The notes under the pieces were generated by a model that did not search any database, was not told where the DNA came from, and was given only the letters and a program-made list of their open reading frames with translations. A program made the position numbers and the translations under genes. A DNA stretch of 50,738 nt from the IMG/VR virus record IMGVR_UViG_3300005807_000006, positions 1 to 50,738 of that record; one strand, 5' to 3'. The DNA is from a virus (lineage: Duplodnaviria; Caudoviricetes). This document shows, piece by piece, positions 21,426-30,528 of the stretch (position 1 is the first letter of the stretch; the number at the start of each line of letters is the position of its first letter).

Positions 21426-21764
21426 ATGGCACGGAATATGAGTTTTGCAATGACCACAGACCAATTTAGAGCGCGAACCAAGACGGTTACTCGCAGGTTT
21501 GGATGGTGGTTTCTTAAGCCCGGCGACGAAGTGCGCGGGGTGGAAAAGGCAATGGGCCTGCAGAAAGGCGAGAGAATTAAACCGCTTGGAATGATACGCA
21601 TTGTTTCTGTGCGACCAGAGCTGCTGAACGCAATTACAAAGGACGATGTAATTAAAGAGGGGTTTCCAAATTGGACGCCAGCGCAGTTTGTGCAAATGCT
21701 GGTAGATCACTACCGCACTGATCCGGCTGCGACGGTAAACAGGATTCAGTTTGAGTACCTATAA
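21426..21764 (+). CDS. ASCH/PUA-like domain protein
   Basis: MSFAMTTDQFRARTKTVTRRFGW...LKPGD...EGFP; GAGG RBS; stop codon lies in TAAC of first attC-like site. Confidence 0.75.
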   Translation: MARNMSFAMTTDQFRARTKTVTRRFGWWFLKPGDEVRGVEKAMGLQKGERIKPLGMIRIVSVRPELLNAITKDDVIKEGFPNWTPAQFVQMLVDHYRTDPAATVNRIQFEYL

Positions 21765-21835
21765 CGGCTTTAATAAGCTGCTGAGTGAAACGAAGTCGGT
21801 TTGATTTATTTGTTATATTATTTGAGGATGGGATT

Positions 21836-22114
21836 ATGGGTACTGGATTATTAGTGAAGGGATATTTACATAAAACCCCTATTTACGAGAAGGGTGATTG
21901 GTGTACAGAAGTTTTTATCGGTGACAGATTATTAGTTGATTCAGGTGGATTTGGCAGCGAATTCTTGGAATACGCAAAAATTTATGAAGTAATTGATGAT
22001 AATGGATTAACAAAATTAAAAAGTGAAGACGGGACGATTATAGATGAACGGCACACGAAAAATACAATGCCGTTTTTCGTGAAACTTCTACACCCTGCAC
22101 CTAACGATAGATAA
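21836..22114 (+). CDS. Cassette ORF, hypothetical
   Basis: GAGGATGG RBS, ATG 21836; bounded by GTTATAT/ATATAAC. Confidence 0.65.
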   Translation: MGTGLLVKGYLHKTPIYEKGDWCTEVFIGDRLLVDSGGFGSEFLEYAKIYEVIDDNGLTKLKSEDGTIIDERHTKNTMPFFVKLLHPAPNDR

Positions 22115-22194
22115 ATATAACATCAAGTTAAAAAGCGCGTTTTGCATCGGCTTGAATACATTGTTAGGATGAAATTAACTAAGGAGTAAGGGGT

Positions 22195-22371
22195 ATGACA
22201 GATTATTACAGCCAGTTTCACCCGAAAGAAAGGACAGGAAAAGAGTGTAAAAAAGTTAAGTGCGAGAGATATAATGATTACTTGGCGTGGAAGCTAGGGA
22301 GCAGTGCTTTAGAGTATTGTATGGCGTGTAAAAACGCTCACGTATCACAGTATAAGAGCAGCAAAAAATAA
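22195..22371 (+). CDS. Cassette ORF, 58 aa Cys-containing
   Basis: Hand-translated MTDYYSQFHPKERTGKECKKVKC...; stop inside TAAC. Confidence 0.6.
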   Translation: MTDYYSQFHPKERTGKECKKVKCERYNDYLAWKLGSSALEYCMACKNAHVSQYKSSKK

Positions 22372-22453
22372 CGTCGTTTTTAACTTGCGCCATCACCAAA
22401 CTATAAATAGAGACGCTGAGCTTTCAGCGTCAAGTTGAAAAACCTTGTTATAT
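22366..22453 (-). other. attC-like recombination site
   Basis: Arms GTTTTTAACTTGCGC / GCGTCAAGTTGAAAAAC pair with one extra G and one extra T in the right arm. Confidence 0.8.
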
Positions 22454-22475
22454 GGCAGTGAATTAAAGGAAAGAC

Positions 22476-22703
22476 ATGAACATAGACTGCTCAAAAATAG
22501 CAAACAAAAGTGACTTGCTGGTATTAGTTGGGGTGGTGATTATTATTGCTCTTCTTGGCGTGGCAGTTATGTTAACAATTTATGCTGATAACTTTATTGC
22601 TGGATTTTTTAGCGCAACAATTACTTGGAAATGGCATGGCTGGATTTACAAGCCGATAGATAGAATGCTGGATAAATTGTGGCCACCAGACGATGCCATA
22701 TAA
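22476..22703 (+). CDS. Cassette ORF, membrane protein
   Basis: Hydrophobic segment; stop inside TAAC. Confidence 0.65.
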   Translation: MNIDCSKIANKSDLLVLVGVVIIIALLGVAVMLTIYADNFIAGFFSATITWKWHGWIYKPIDRMLDKLWPPDDAI

Positions 22704-22769
22704 CGACCAAGCTCAGTTGTTGCGACTGAGCAAAGCGAAAGAGCAATCAACTGGAGTGAATTGTTATGA
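22698..22769 (-). other. attC-like recombination site
   Basis: ATATAAC gaccaa GCTCAGTTGTTGC...GCAATCAACTGGAGT gaatt GTTATGA; extra G and T in right arm. Confidence 0.85.
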
Positions 22770-22972
22770 GATTTAATGTAGGAAAATATTATAAACACAG
22801 TGGCGGCGAAATGATGCACGTGTTAGTTGCCACCAAAACAAAAGTATATGGACAAACAATGATTGCTGAATTTAATGATGGCAGCTTTAGACCTGTTGGC
22901 AATGACGAGACAAGCTCTGTTAATTGGGTGGAGTTAGACGATATTACTGAATGGGATAATTTGTTCTCATAA
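22766..22972 (+). CDS. Cassette ORF, hypothetical
   Basis: ATG overlaps GTTATG; stop inside TCATAAC; GKYYKH motif. Confidence 0.7.
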   Translation: MRFNVGKYYKHSGGEMMHVLVATKTKVYGQTMIAEFNDGSFRPVGNDETSSVNWVELDDITEWDNLFS

Positions 22973-23044
22973 CGGCTTTAATAATCCGCTAAGTGTAACG
23001 AGATCGGTTTGATTTATTGGTTATATTATTTTGGAGACAAGTAA

Positions 23045-23221
23045 ATGAGTACGTTTGAAACAAAAGAAGAGTGCCTTCCTGTTGAAAAATTTATATGGGG
23101 TTGTATAGGTTTTGACTATAGGGAATTTGCAGGTATTAAAGAATTATCTTTTTCTGATCTATTGACATTACGAAGCTTAATTGATCGTCAGGCAAACGAT
23201 TTATTTAAGAACAGCGAATAA
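23045..23221 (+). CDS. Cassette ORF, 58 aa
   Basis: Hand-translated MSTFETKEECLPVEKFIWG...; GGAG RBS. Confidence 0.6.
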   Translation: MSTFETKEECLPVEKFIWGCIGFDYREFAGIKELSFSDLLTLRSLIDRQANDLFKNSE

Positions 23222-23348
23222 ATATAATACTAAGTTAAAAAGCGCGTCTTTTTGCGCCGTCCGCGTTTATGCAATTGTTATATTTTTTTTATTCGATTAA
23301 TACGTTTTGATTTTTAAAATATATGATATTTTTATTAATAGGTGATTT

Positions 23349-23528
23349 ATGGACGGGTATACGAAAGAAGTTATTGAAACTTTAGAAAATGAATTAAAAA
23401 CCACTGATACAACAGGTGAACTATTAATGCCGATTCTTGATGAAATAATAGCGGCTAGAAGCTGTGATGATAGATCGCTATTATGCGAAAAACTATTAAT
23501 TGAAGCACGAATATTCAACAGAATATAA
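23349..23528 (+). CDS. Cassette ORF, 59 aa
   Basis: Hand-translated MDGYTKEVIETLENEL...; AGGTG RBS; stop in left end of site. Confidence 0.6.
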   Translation: MDGYTKEVIETLENELKTTDTTGELLMPILDEIIAARSCDDRSLLCEKLLIEARIFNRI

Positions 23529-23596
23529 TACTAAGTTAAAAAGCGCGTCTTTTGCGTCTTTTTGAACGAGCAGTTATAAAGTTATTGGAGAATATA

Positions 23597-23821
23597 ATGA
23601 TTGAACCTAAGGGTTTGTTAAGTGGCGAGTTTTTTGAAGAGCAAACCATAATATGCCCCGAGTGTGGTGGTTTTGGATATATAGGAGACTATGAGGCAAC
23701 AAGCGAGCCTTGCGAATTCTGTGAAGGTCAGGGAGAATACGAACAAAAAGTACCGGTTTCATGGGCTACAATCAAAGAAATATACGCAATGGCTGTTAAA
23801 CATCTTGAGGATAAATCATGA
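23597..23821 (+). CDS. DnaJ-type zinc-finger small protein
   Basis: CPECGGFG...CEFCEGQG; GGAG RBS before ATG 23597. Confidence 0.65.
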   Translation: MIEPKGLLSGEFFEEQTIICPECGGFGYIGDYEATSEPCEFCEGQGEYEQKVPVSWATIKEIYAMAVKHLEDKS

Positions 23822-23979
23822 GCATTAATCAAGATCGAGAGTCTCTTATTTTAAAAATAAAAGAGTTGATTGAATTGTATGAAAAGCGGGAAAATGATGC
23901 ACATAGACCACCCTATGAGCAAGAGGCTTATGGGGTTGTAGCATACTCTCTAAGAAAAATAATTGAGGTTAAATCATGA
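23818..23979 (+). CDS. Hypothetical 53 aa
   Basis: Hand-translated MSINQDRESLILKIKEL...; ATGA overlap with previous stop. Confidence 0.55.
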   Translation: MSINQDRESLILKIKELIELYEKRENDAHRPPYEQEAYGVVAYSLRKIIEVKS

Positions 23980-24099
23980 GCATAGGGTCAGTCAAAAATG
24001 GACTTTAGGCAGTTTAAGAAGATTTAACGAGACAAGTTTAAATAGTTAGTGTTATAATACAAATGCGGTGTGGAAGTCGCTAAAAAGAAATTGTTAGAG

Positions 24100-24189
24100 A
24101 AGGTTTAAATTTTGTGATTCTGGTGGGTTTTTCTATCTAACAGTTTCACCCCTCTTTCTAACAGGGTCACAAATTTTAAGCCTTTTTTT
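24100..24189 (+). other. Long imperfect hairpin followed by T tract
   Basis: AAGGTTTAAATTTTGTGATTCTG...CAGGGTCACAAATTTTAAGCCTT. Confidence 0.55.
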
Positions 24190-24214
24190 ATGCCTGAAAT
24201 TTACGGCTTTCACA

Positions 24215-24391
24215 GAGTTTATATAGAGAGTGAGAATTCGTAGACTGATACGATAGTTGGGCTGCTGCGAGCAAGCGAACTTTACGGACTAAGTAGTATT
24301 TTATGCCATAACGGTATCCGGAATCTTTAGCAGATATGAACAAGGCTTGCATGGTGGAGATCAGTGCCACCCTCACTCTCTATATAAACTC
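24215..24391 (+). ncRNA. Candidate structured RNA closed by 20-bp perfect stem
   Basis: GAGTTTATATAGAGAGTGAG / CTCACTCTCTATATAAACTC; 3' hairpin GGTGG-AGATCAGTG-CCACC. Confidence 0.6.
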
Positions 24392-24467
24392 AATGGTTCT
24401 TATACCAGAATTGAACCCCATTCCTCAAAAATTGAATCCAAATGCCATGTAGGCTTTAAATACAGTA

Positions 24468-24618
24468 AAGTGTTTATATGTTAGCCGGTGGCGAAATTGG
24501 CAAATGCTGATACATTTGGAAATAGCTTGTTAACAGGTATGCGGTTCGATTCCGCTGTATCAATCAGTGAAAAGTTGAATATAGGTTCGAGTCCTATCCG
24601 GCTAACATATAAACACTT
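24468..24618 (+). ncRNA. tRNA-like RNA with nested second tRNA-like domain, in 21-bp perfect stem
   Basis: D arm TGGCGAAATTGGCAAATGC, two T arms (GCGGTTCGATTCCGC, ATAGGTTCGAGTCCTAT), no CCA. Confidence 0.65.
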
Positions 24619-24822
24619 ACCAAAATTTAATTAGTAAGATCTATTTATCATTACAACATTGAGTACCGTGGATAAAGCAGGTGAAGTTGATGTGCTAACT
24701 ATCATAAGTTAGATATCGGAGCGACAACTCTTAAAACTGTTCTGCATACTGTGAGTGATAAGAATATAGATTTAACCTTGTATATCAACACAAGGTCTAG
24801 TGACCGTATTATTTAAAAAAAG

Positions 24823-27800
24823 GTGAACAAGATGCGAGTTTATAAACATAAATGGGTGCAAGTCGGCAGTGGGACAGAAAATTACACTGGAGAATGTGTA
24901 TATAGAGATAAATGTCAAGAATGTGGAGTTCTATCTTGGCGCTGGAAGGACGGTAATAGACAGATAGACTTAAAAAATAGTAATAATTGCACTATAGTTA
25001 AAAATAAGGATAAATTAAATGATCTTGAAGATGAAGCAACATGTAAGCATGGTTTTTTGGTTGGTTGTGAAAAATGTTAGAACTTATTACGCCAATGTGG
25101 AGGCCAGCTACTAAGTCAAAAAACACTCTATTAGCCGCTGGTTACTCTCAAAAGCAACTTAACGACATTGGTAAAGTGTTCGTAGAAAGAAACTGTGGCA
25201 AAGAGATTGACGGAGCATCAAGCCTATATTCTGCAATGGTGAGAAGTTCTGGGTCAGCTCACAATATTAAGCCGCCAAAAATAGACCCGCCAAAAACCGT
25301 GGAGATTAAATCAGATGAAAAAATAGAAAGCGATACAAAGCAAGCTCAGGAAGTTAAAAGCCAAACAACCAAAATGTCAAAACATGAAGCAATCGCTTGG
25401 TATGATGGCAATAGGCTAGAGTAAGCGCGGTTTAGAGAAACTAAAACAGGATATGAAAAAATGACCTATATCGAACTTGAAAAACAATATTTTAACGATA
25501 AATTTGTAAGAATATATATCGACCACATAACAACCATCGATGATGGTATTTCAGAAAACGTTAGATTTACTAGGATTCATATGGTTTGCGGTTCGTTTGT
25601 TGATGTGAAGGAAGATTTTATTGAGGTGCTAGCTAAAATCGATCTAAAAAATAAAGAAGATCAACCAAATAATTAAAGGATAATAGAATGAAAGTTGAAG
25701 CTAGCAAAGTTACAAAAATAAAAATAACAGGTGTTAATAGATTAGACCCTGTGCATGTATTCCTAGAAGACATAGAAAAAGGCAAAGGTAGGATCACAAT
25801 AACTTGCTACAGCAAAGCGTGGTCTTCGTATTGGGGTGGTATAGGAGATAAATCTATCAGTGAATTCTTTTGTTCTTGTAATGATAATTATTTAACTGAA
25901 AATCTAGCTCCTGATCTTGATAGCACTATTTACGACATCGATAAAATAAGGCTGGATGCAGAGAATAAAAATATGGATTGTTATAGGGACGACCCCTGGA
26001 ACGATTTTGAGTTCATGGTAAAAATGTACGGCAATGATCAGTATAATTGGGACGACTCTCTACCAAAAACAACCAATCACAAATATTATTATTTATGTAG
26101 AATTATCAAAGCTGTTAAGGATGGTTTGAATGATATCAATAAAGCCTTAAGTAACGAAAAACCAGCATCACAAAACTAAGAGAGAACCATAAATTTTAAG
26201 GTAGAATTAATATGAATATTAATGATAAGGAGTTTAAATTTGAAATGAGCTATAAGGACTTATTCAAGCGGGCTGTAATTAATGCAAAACCTAAAACATG
26301 TGGAAGCGCACCGAAATGGGTAGCTGTCATGGATACTTTTTCTCTAGGCTCATATTACGCAATAGAATTATGCCGAGCATTGGATTTAGATCCTTATGCG
26401 AAGTCTTTAAACACTGTTAAATGCATAACATGCAACCCATAACTTAAATAAATTATGAATCACGAAATTAAAAACATGAAATTCTCAGGATTTGGAAGCT
26501 GGAAACAATGTAGCCATTGCGGTGCGACATTTTGGGAAAAGTTGTGGCACATAGGAGGCTACAAGAGTAAATACGAGCCACCATGTCGGTTAGATCTAAG
26601 TGAAGAATGGAAAAATAACGCAGAAATAGTAGACAATTAAACATAGGATATAATTATGAGTAAATTTGATGAATCATTTAAAGAGCCTTGGATGTTTAGT
26701 AATGGACATTTAATGTTGTCAGGCAAATATACTAAAGACGAAGCTTTGTCAATATTTAAGGATTATGACGGAGATGAGCATCTAGGTTTGGATGACTTAA
26801 AAAAGGATAGGGTTAGGTTTGGATTTACTCCAAAAGACATTGAAGACTTTGAAGATCTGGATGTTTCTTGCTGGTATTCAGGGGCAAGTGGGAAAGGTTC
26901 AAAGGAAGTCTGGTATGTTGAATAACTTAAACACAGGAGATAATTAAATGAGAACGCAAACGTTACACAGTAAAATAAATAGAGCATTTGAAGTATGGAA
27001 TACAAGCTTTGACAACACTTTGTTCATCGAAATACTGCCGAGAATTAAAAAAGAATGGCGTAAATATGTTAAAGAAGACGGTGATTCAAGGTCTGGAAAT
27101 GATACATACGGTTACGAAGAGAAAGAGAGCATCAAAAATAATATGATATATATTTCAGACCGATGGAGATGTTCATTTAGACTAAAATGGTTAATTGACG
27201 GTATTGAAAATGGCAAAATATAAATAGGAGATATTAAATGATAAAAATATTTAAATACACGCTTGATAAATTAATACCTTATGTACAACCAATTGAAATG
27301 CCTATTAATGCAAAAATAATTTCAATGAAGAATCAGTGTGAAGAGATCGTATTGTGGGCAGAGGTGAACGCTGTCAATGCTTTAGAGATTAGATCTTTTG
27401 TAGTATTGGCTACTGGCGATACTAAGCTAGATGATCCTCTAAAATATCATGCAACATTGCAATTTTTAGAGGGCAATTATGTTGTACATATTTATGAACT
27501 AATAGGAGATAATTAAGTGAGTGAACGTGAAATATATTTACCCATAATAACTGACGAAATGTTTGAGATGTTTAACGAAACTTGCTTAATGGAGTGGAGT
27601 AAAGAGTTAAATAAACCTAGCTGGACTCAAATATCAGTTGAATTTTTAGCAGTTTTATTAACTAAAGAACATGGAGAATAATACAAATGAGAAAAGTAAC
27701 TATATTTGAATGGAAGGATATTAAAAAGGAGTTCGAGAAATGAGTGAATTAAAAATAAAATTTAAATCAGAAAAAGAAAAGGATGAGTTTATCAAGTGGT

Positions 27801-28246
27801 TTTTTAGTGATGCAAATATGCAAAATATGGATTTCTATTTTGGCAAAAAAACAATTGTTTACAACGGTAAAGACGAGATGAAAATAGGATGAGTAAATCA
27901 AAAATACCAAATGCAATAATACAATTTAAGTTAGATCTTAAAAATATTTACGGAAAAGATCAAACAGAACAGGTAAAAGGTGAAGCGATAGCAATTAGAT
28001 ATTGTATCCGGTATTTGGAGCGATTAAACAAAGGAGAAATAAATAATGAGTGATTTAATATTTGCTAAAACAATGATAACAACTAAACCGAAAATAGAAT
28101 ACATCCCAAAAGGCTCTATGTGCATGTCATGCTATCGTCAAAACTTAAATTGCAGTAGCTACCCTTTTTCAAAGATGCCGGTTATCTACCAATCGCTCGG
28201 TTATTTCCACGTTAGATGTACTTTTTACGAGAGATTAAATGATTGA
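24823..28246 (+). CDS. Run of small hypothetical phage genes (24823, 25074, 25461, 25688, 26212, 26455, 26656, 26948, 27238, 28046 and shorter ORFs)
   Basis: Tightly packed co-oriented ORFs with AGGA/GGAG RBS; no attC-like sites here. Confidence 0.6.
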
Positions 28247-28889
28247 ATTGATAAATATAGACTGTATGGAATATATGAAAAATTGCAAAGATAACGCGTT
28301 TGATTTGGCTATTGTTGATCCTCCATACGGAATAGGTGAGAGCGGAAAAACCAACAAATCTAGGAGTAAGCTTGCGACAGCAAAAGATTATAAGTCTTAT
28401 TGTGGAGATGATTTAAAACCGCCAGGCAAAAGTTATTTTATAGAATTAAAAAGAGTTAGCAAAAATCAAATAATATGGGGTGCAAACCACTTCATGCAAA
28501 ATATATGCTTAGGATCGAGTTGTTGGATTGTGTGGGATAAGCAAACAGGAAATTCAGATTTTGCAGATTGCGAACTAGCCTACACAAGCTTTAATACAGC
28601 AGTTAGAAAATATACGTTCCAATGGTCTGGAATGCTTCAGGGAAATATGAAAAATAAAGAATTTAGAATCCATCCGAATCAAAAGCCAGTTAACTTGTAT
28701 CAATGGTTGTTAAAATATTATGCAAAAGATGGTGATAGGATACTAGACACCCATCTAGGCTCTGCATCTAGCGCAATAGCTGCTCATTACGGCGGTTTTG
28801 ACTTTGTAGGGTGTGATCTAGATGAGTATTATTTTAAAGCTGCAAAAGAAAGGTTTAACGACCAGACCAGACAAAAGGCAATGTTTTGA
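28239..28889 (+). CDS. Orphan DNA methyltransferase (N6-A/N4-C, beta class)
   Basis: IVDPPYG catalytic motif, HPNQKP, ILDTHLGSAS SAM-binding motif. Confidence 0.9.
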   Translation: MIELINIDCMEYMKNCKDNAFDLAIVDPPYGIGESGKTNKSRSKLATAKDYKSYCGDDLKPPGKSYFIELKRVSKNQIIWGANHFMQNICLGSSCWIVWDKQTGNSDFADCELAYTSFNTAVRKYTFQWSGMLQGNMKNKEFRIHPNQKPVNLYQWLLKYYAKDGDRILDTHLGSASSAIAAHYGGFDFVGCDLDEYYFKAAKERFNDQTRQKAMF

Positions 28890-29075
28890 TAACAACTGAA
28901 GCAGAAATAAAGCACAAGAAAGCCTGCCTACGTAGACATTACGAACAAATGACATTTGGGCAGGCTAAGCGATTAATATCCGAACTAGAACCGAGACATA
29001 GAGAGACAATAAAATCTAAGCGGTTTAAGAAGCGGATAAATTTAGCGAAAGGCTATGATTTTATTTAAATAACAC

Positions 29076-29104
29076 TTGACGGGCAATGAACACAAGCGCA
29101 TACT
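29076..29104 (+). promoter_or_regulatory. Sigma70-like promoter
   Basis: TTGACG-17 nt-CATACT. Confidence 0.6.
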
Positions 29105-29132
29105 ACTGCATATCAAATAATAAGGCTTTAAA

Positions 29133-29270
29133 ATGACAAAAACCGTAAGAAGAACTTATTTAATAGAAGAAAAAGTTGAGAATAAGTTAAACTCAGAAAG
29201 TAAAAAACAAAACCGAAAAAAGTCGGCTATTGTCAACATTGCGCTAAAAAAGGAGCTTAAGATAAAATGA
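29133..29270 (+). CDS. Small ribbon-helix-helix protein (45 aa)
   Basis: Hand-translated MTKTVRRTYLIEEKVENKLNSESKKQNRKKSAIVNIALKKELKIK. Confidence 0.6.
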   Translation: MTKTVRRTYLIEEKVENKLNSESKKQNRKKSAIVNIALKKELKIK

Positions 29271-29614
29271 AAAAATTAACAAAAGCTCAGGAATACATCA
29301 AAGAAAATTTAGGCAACACTAATACATTTAATGATGTACAAGTTTTTAGTGTAAAATTTCCAGATGAGTTTTTAGAAGTTAAGGAGTACATCGAAAATAA
29401 CTGTATTGATAACTCTGTTTTTTTTGATGCAATGATGGATGAGACATGGTTGAGATACACTGTAGAAAAATGCACTGAAACAACTTTAAGATTTAATGAG
29501 TTTGTCGAGTACGAACTAGCAATAATCGAAGACATCGAAGAGCTAAATGAAATCGAGTCATCAAAAGAAACTTGTGATGTCGAAGCGTTTAAAAGATATA
29601 GGGGATTAACATGA
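29267..29614 (+). CDS. Hypothetical acidic protein
   Basis: ORF with AAGGAG RBS, ATGA overlap. Confidence 0.6.
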   Translation: MKKLTKAQEYIKENLGNTNTFNDVQVFSVKFPDEFLEVKEYIENNCIDNSVFFDAMMDETWLRYTVEKCTETTLRFNEFVEYELAIIEDIEELNEIESSKETCDVEAFKRYRGLT

Positions 29615-29784
29615 TTGAAAATATACAAAGTACAGCGATTATTTTATTATTATCCTGTTCTGTTTTGATGGCACTTTTTAGTAGTGATGAACTTAAGCGC
29701 TGGTTTGGATTATTAGTGAATTTTACATTCTTTGCCTCATTTTTAGCATTAATTACCACAATATTGATTAGGATTTGGTCATAA
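29611..29784 (+). CDS. Small two-TM membrane protein (57 aa)
   Basis: Hand-translated MIENIQSTAIILLLSCSVLMALF... Confidence 0.55.
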   Translation: MIENIQSTAIILLLSCSVLMALFSSDELKRWFGLLVNFTFFASFLALITTILIRIWS

Positions 29785-29826
29785 TGAAACTTGTGAAGCG
29801 TTTAAAAGACATAGGGAATTAAACCA

Positions 29827-30444
29827 ATGAAAACTACATTAAATGAAATATTAAAGCACTATCCTTGCGGCATTCATAGCAGTGGGAAAAATGGGTTTAG
29901 TTTGCTACTTAAAAACCTAGGGAAAACCGAATCTGATGACGAGCCTGTTGATCTAATGGATATTTTAAAGTCAAACGGGATAGAGGATGCAGTTTGGGCT
30001 TTGCAATGCTTTGATTATTTAGATTATTGTTTATTTAATGCGGATATGTTGGAAAGTACTTTAGATATTTTCGACGAAGAATTAAAAGCAGTCGCTGAAA
30101 AAACAATAGCTACAATTAAGTCGTACAAATCTGGCAAGATAACAAAAGATGTTTTTATTAAAGAATGGCAAGCCGCCGACGCCTACGCCGATGCCTACAC
30201 CATCGCCGATATTTTTATCAAACCAAAATCCACTATATCTATCTACGCCTACGCCATCGCCATCGCCGATGCCATCGCCGATGCCTACTCCTACGCCTAC
30301 ACCACCACCACCGCCTACACCGCCTACGCCATCGCCACCGCCGCCAACGACTACGACTACGACTACGCCTACGCCTACGCCGATCAACTAAAAGTAATAG
30401 AAAAAATATTCATCAAGCATTTTGGACGTAAAAATGAAGCTTAG
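29827..30444 (+). CDS. Hypothetical protein with Ala/Tyr/Asp/Thr low-complexity tract
   Basis: MKTTLNEI...PC...G...LL..LGKT..DDEP..L..IL.SNG..DA.W N-terminus then (AY/AD/AI)n. Confidence 0.7.
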   Translation: MKTTLNEILKHYPCGIHSSGKNGFSLLLKNLGKTESDDEPVDLMDILKSNGIEDAVWALQCFDYLDYCLFNADMLESTLDIFDEELKAVAEKTIATIKSYKSGKITKDVFIKEWQAADAYADAYTIADIFIKPKSTISIYAYAIAIADAIADAYSYAYTTTTAYTAYAIATAANDYDYDYAYAYADQLKVIEKIFIKHFGRKNEA

Positions 30445-30528
30445 CAAAAAAGAAAGGTTGGAGCTTGTTTACATTGTCGCGACTATATTTGTCTTATTAT
30501 TTTTTGTCGGATTTTTGGAGAATGGATT

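Larger units (their letters stand above)
21759..23821. mobile_element. Cassette array 1: 7 attC-like sites alternating with single ORFs, no integrase
   Basis: Sites at 21759-21818, 22115-22169, 22366-22453, 22698-22769, 22967-23026, 23222-23283, 23523-23579. Confidence 0.8.

Noticed and set aside
21785-21835. ORF-track N-terminal extensions into sites (21785, 23552, 34974, 37945, 38517)
   Set aside because: Downstream ATGs with clear SD sequences are better starts
21759-23579. Intergenic palindromes as simple intrinsic terminators or REP elements
   Set aside because: Most lack a U tract. They have fixed TAAC/GTTA ends, one-sided bulges and across-ORF core matching. Some attenuation cannot be excluded
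24482-24605. Canonical functional tRNA gene
   Set aside because: No 7-nt anticodon loop in the outer frame, two T arms, no CCA; kept as tRNA-like RNA
30082-30431. Poly-Pro/Thr, Arg/His and Gly/Val ORFs in alternative frames
   Set aside because: By-products of the low-complexity tract within 29827-30444
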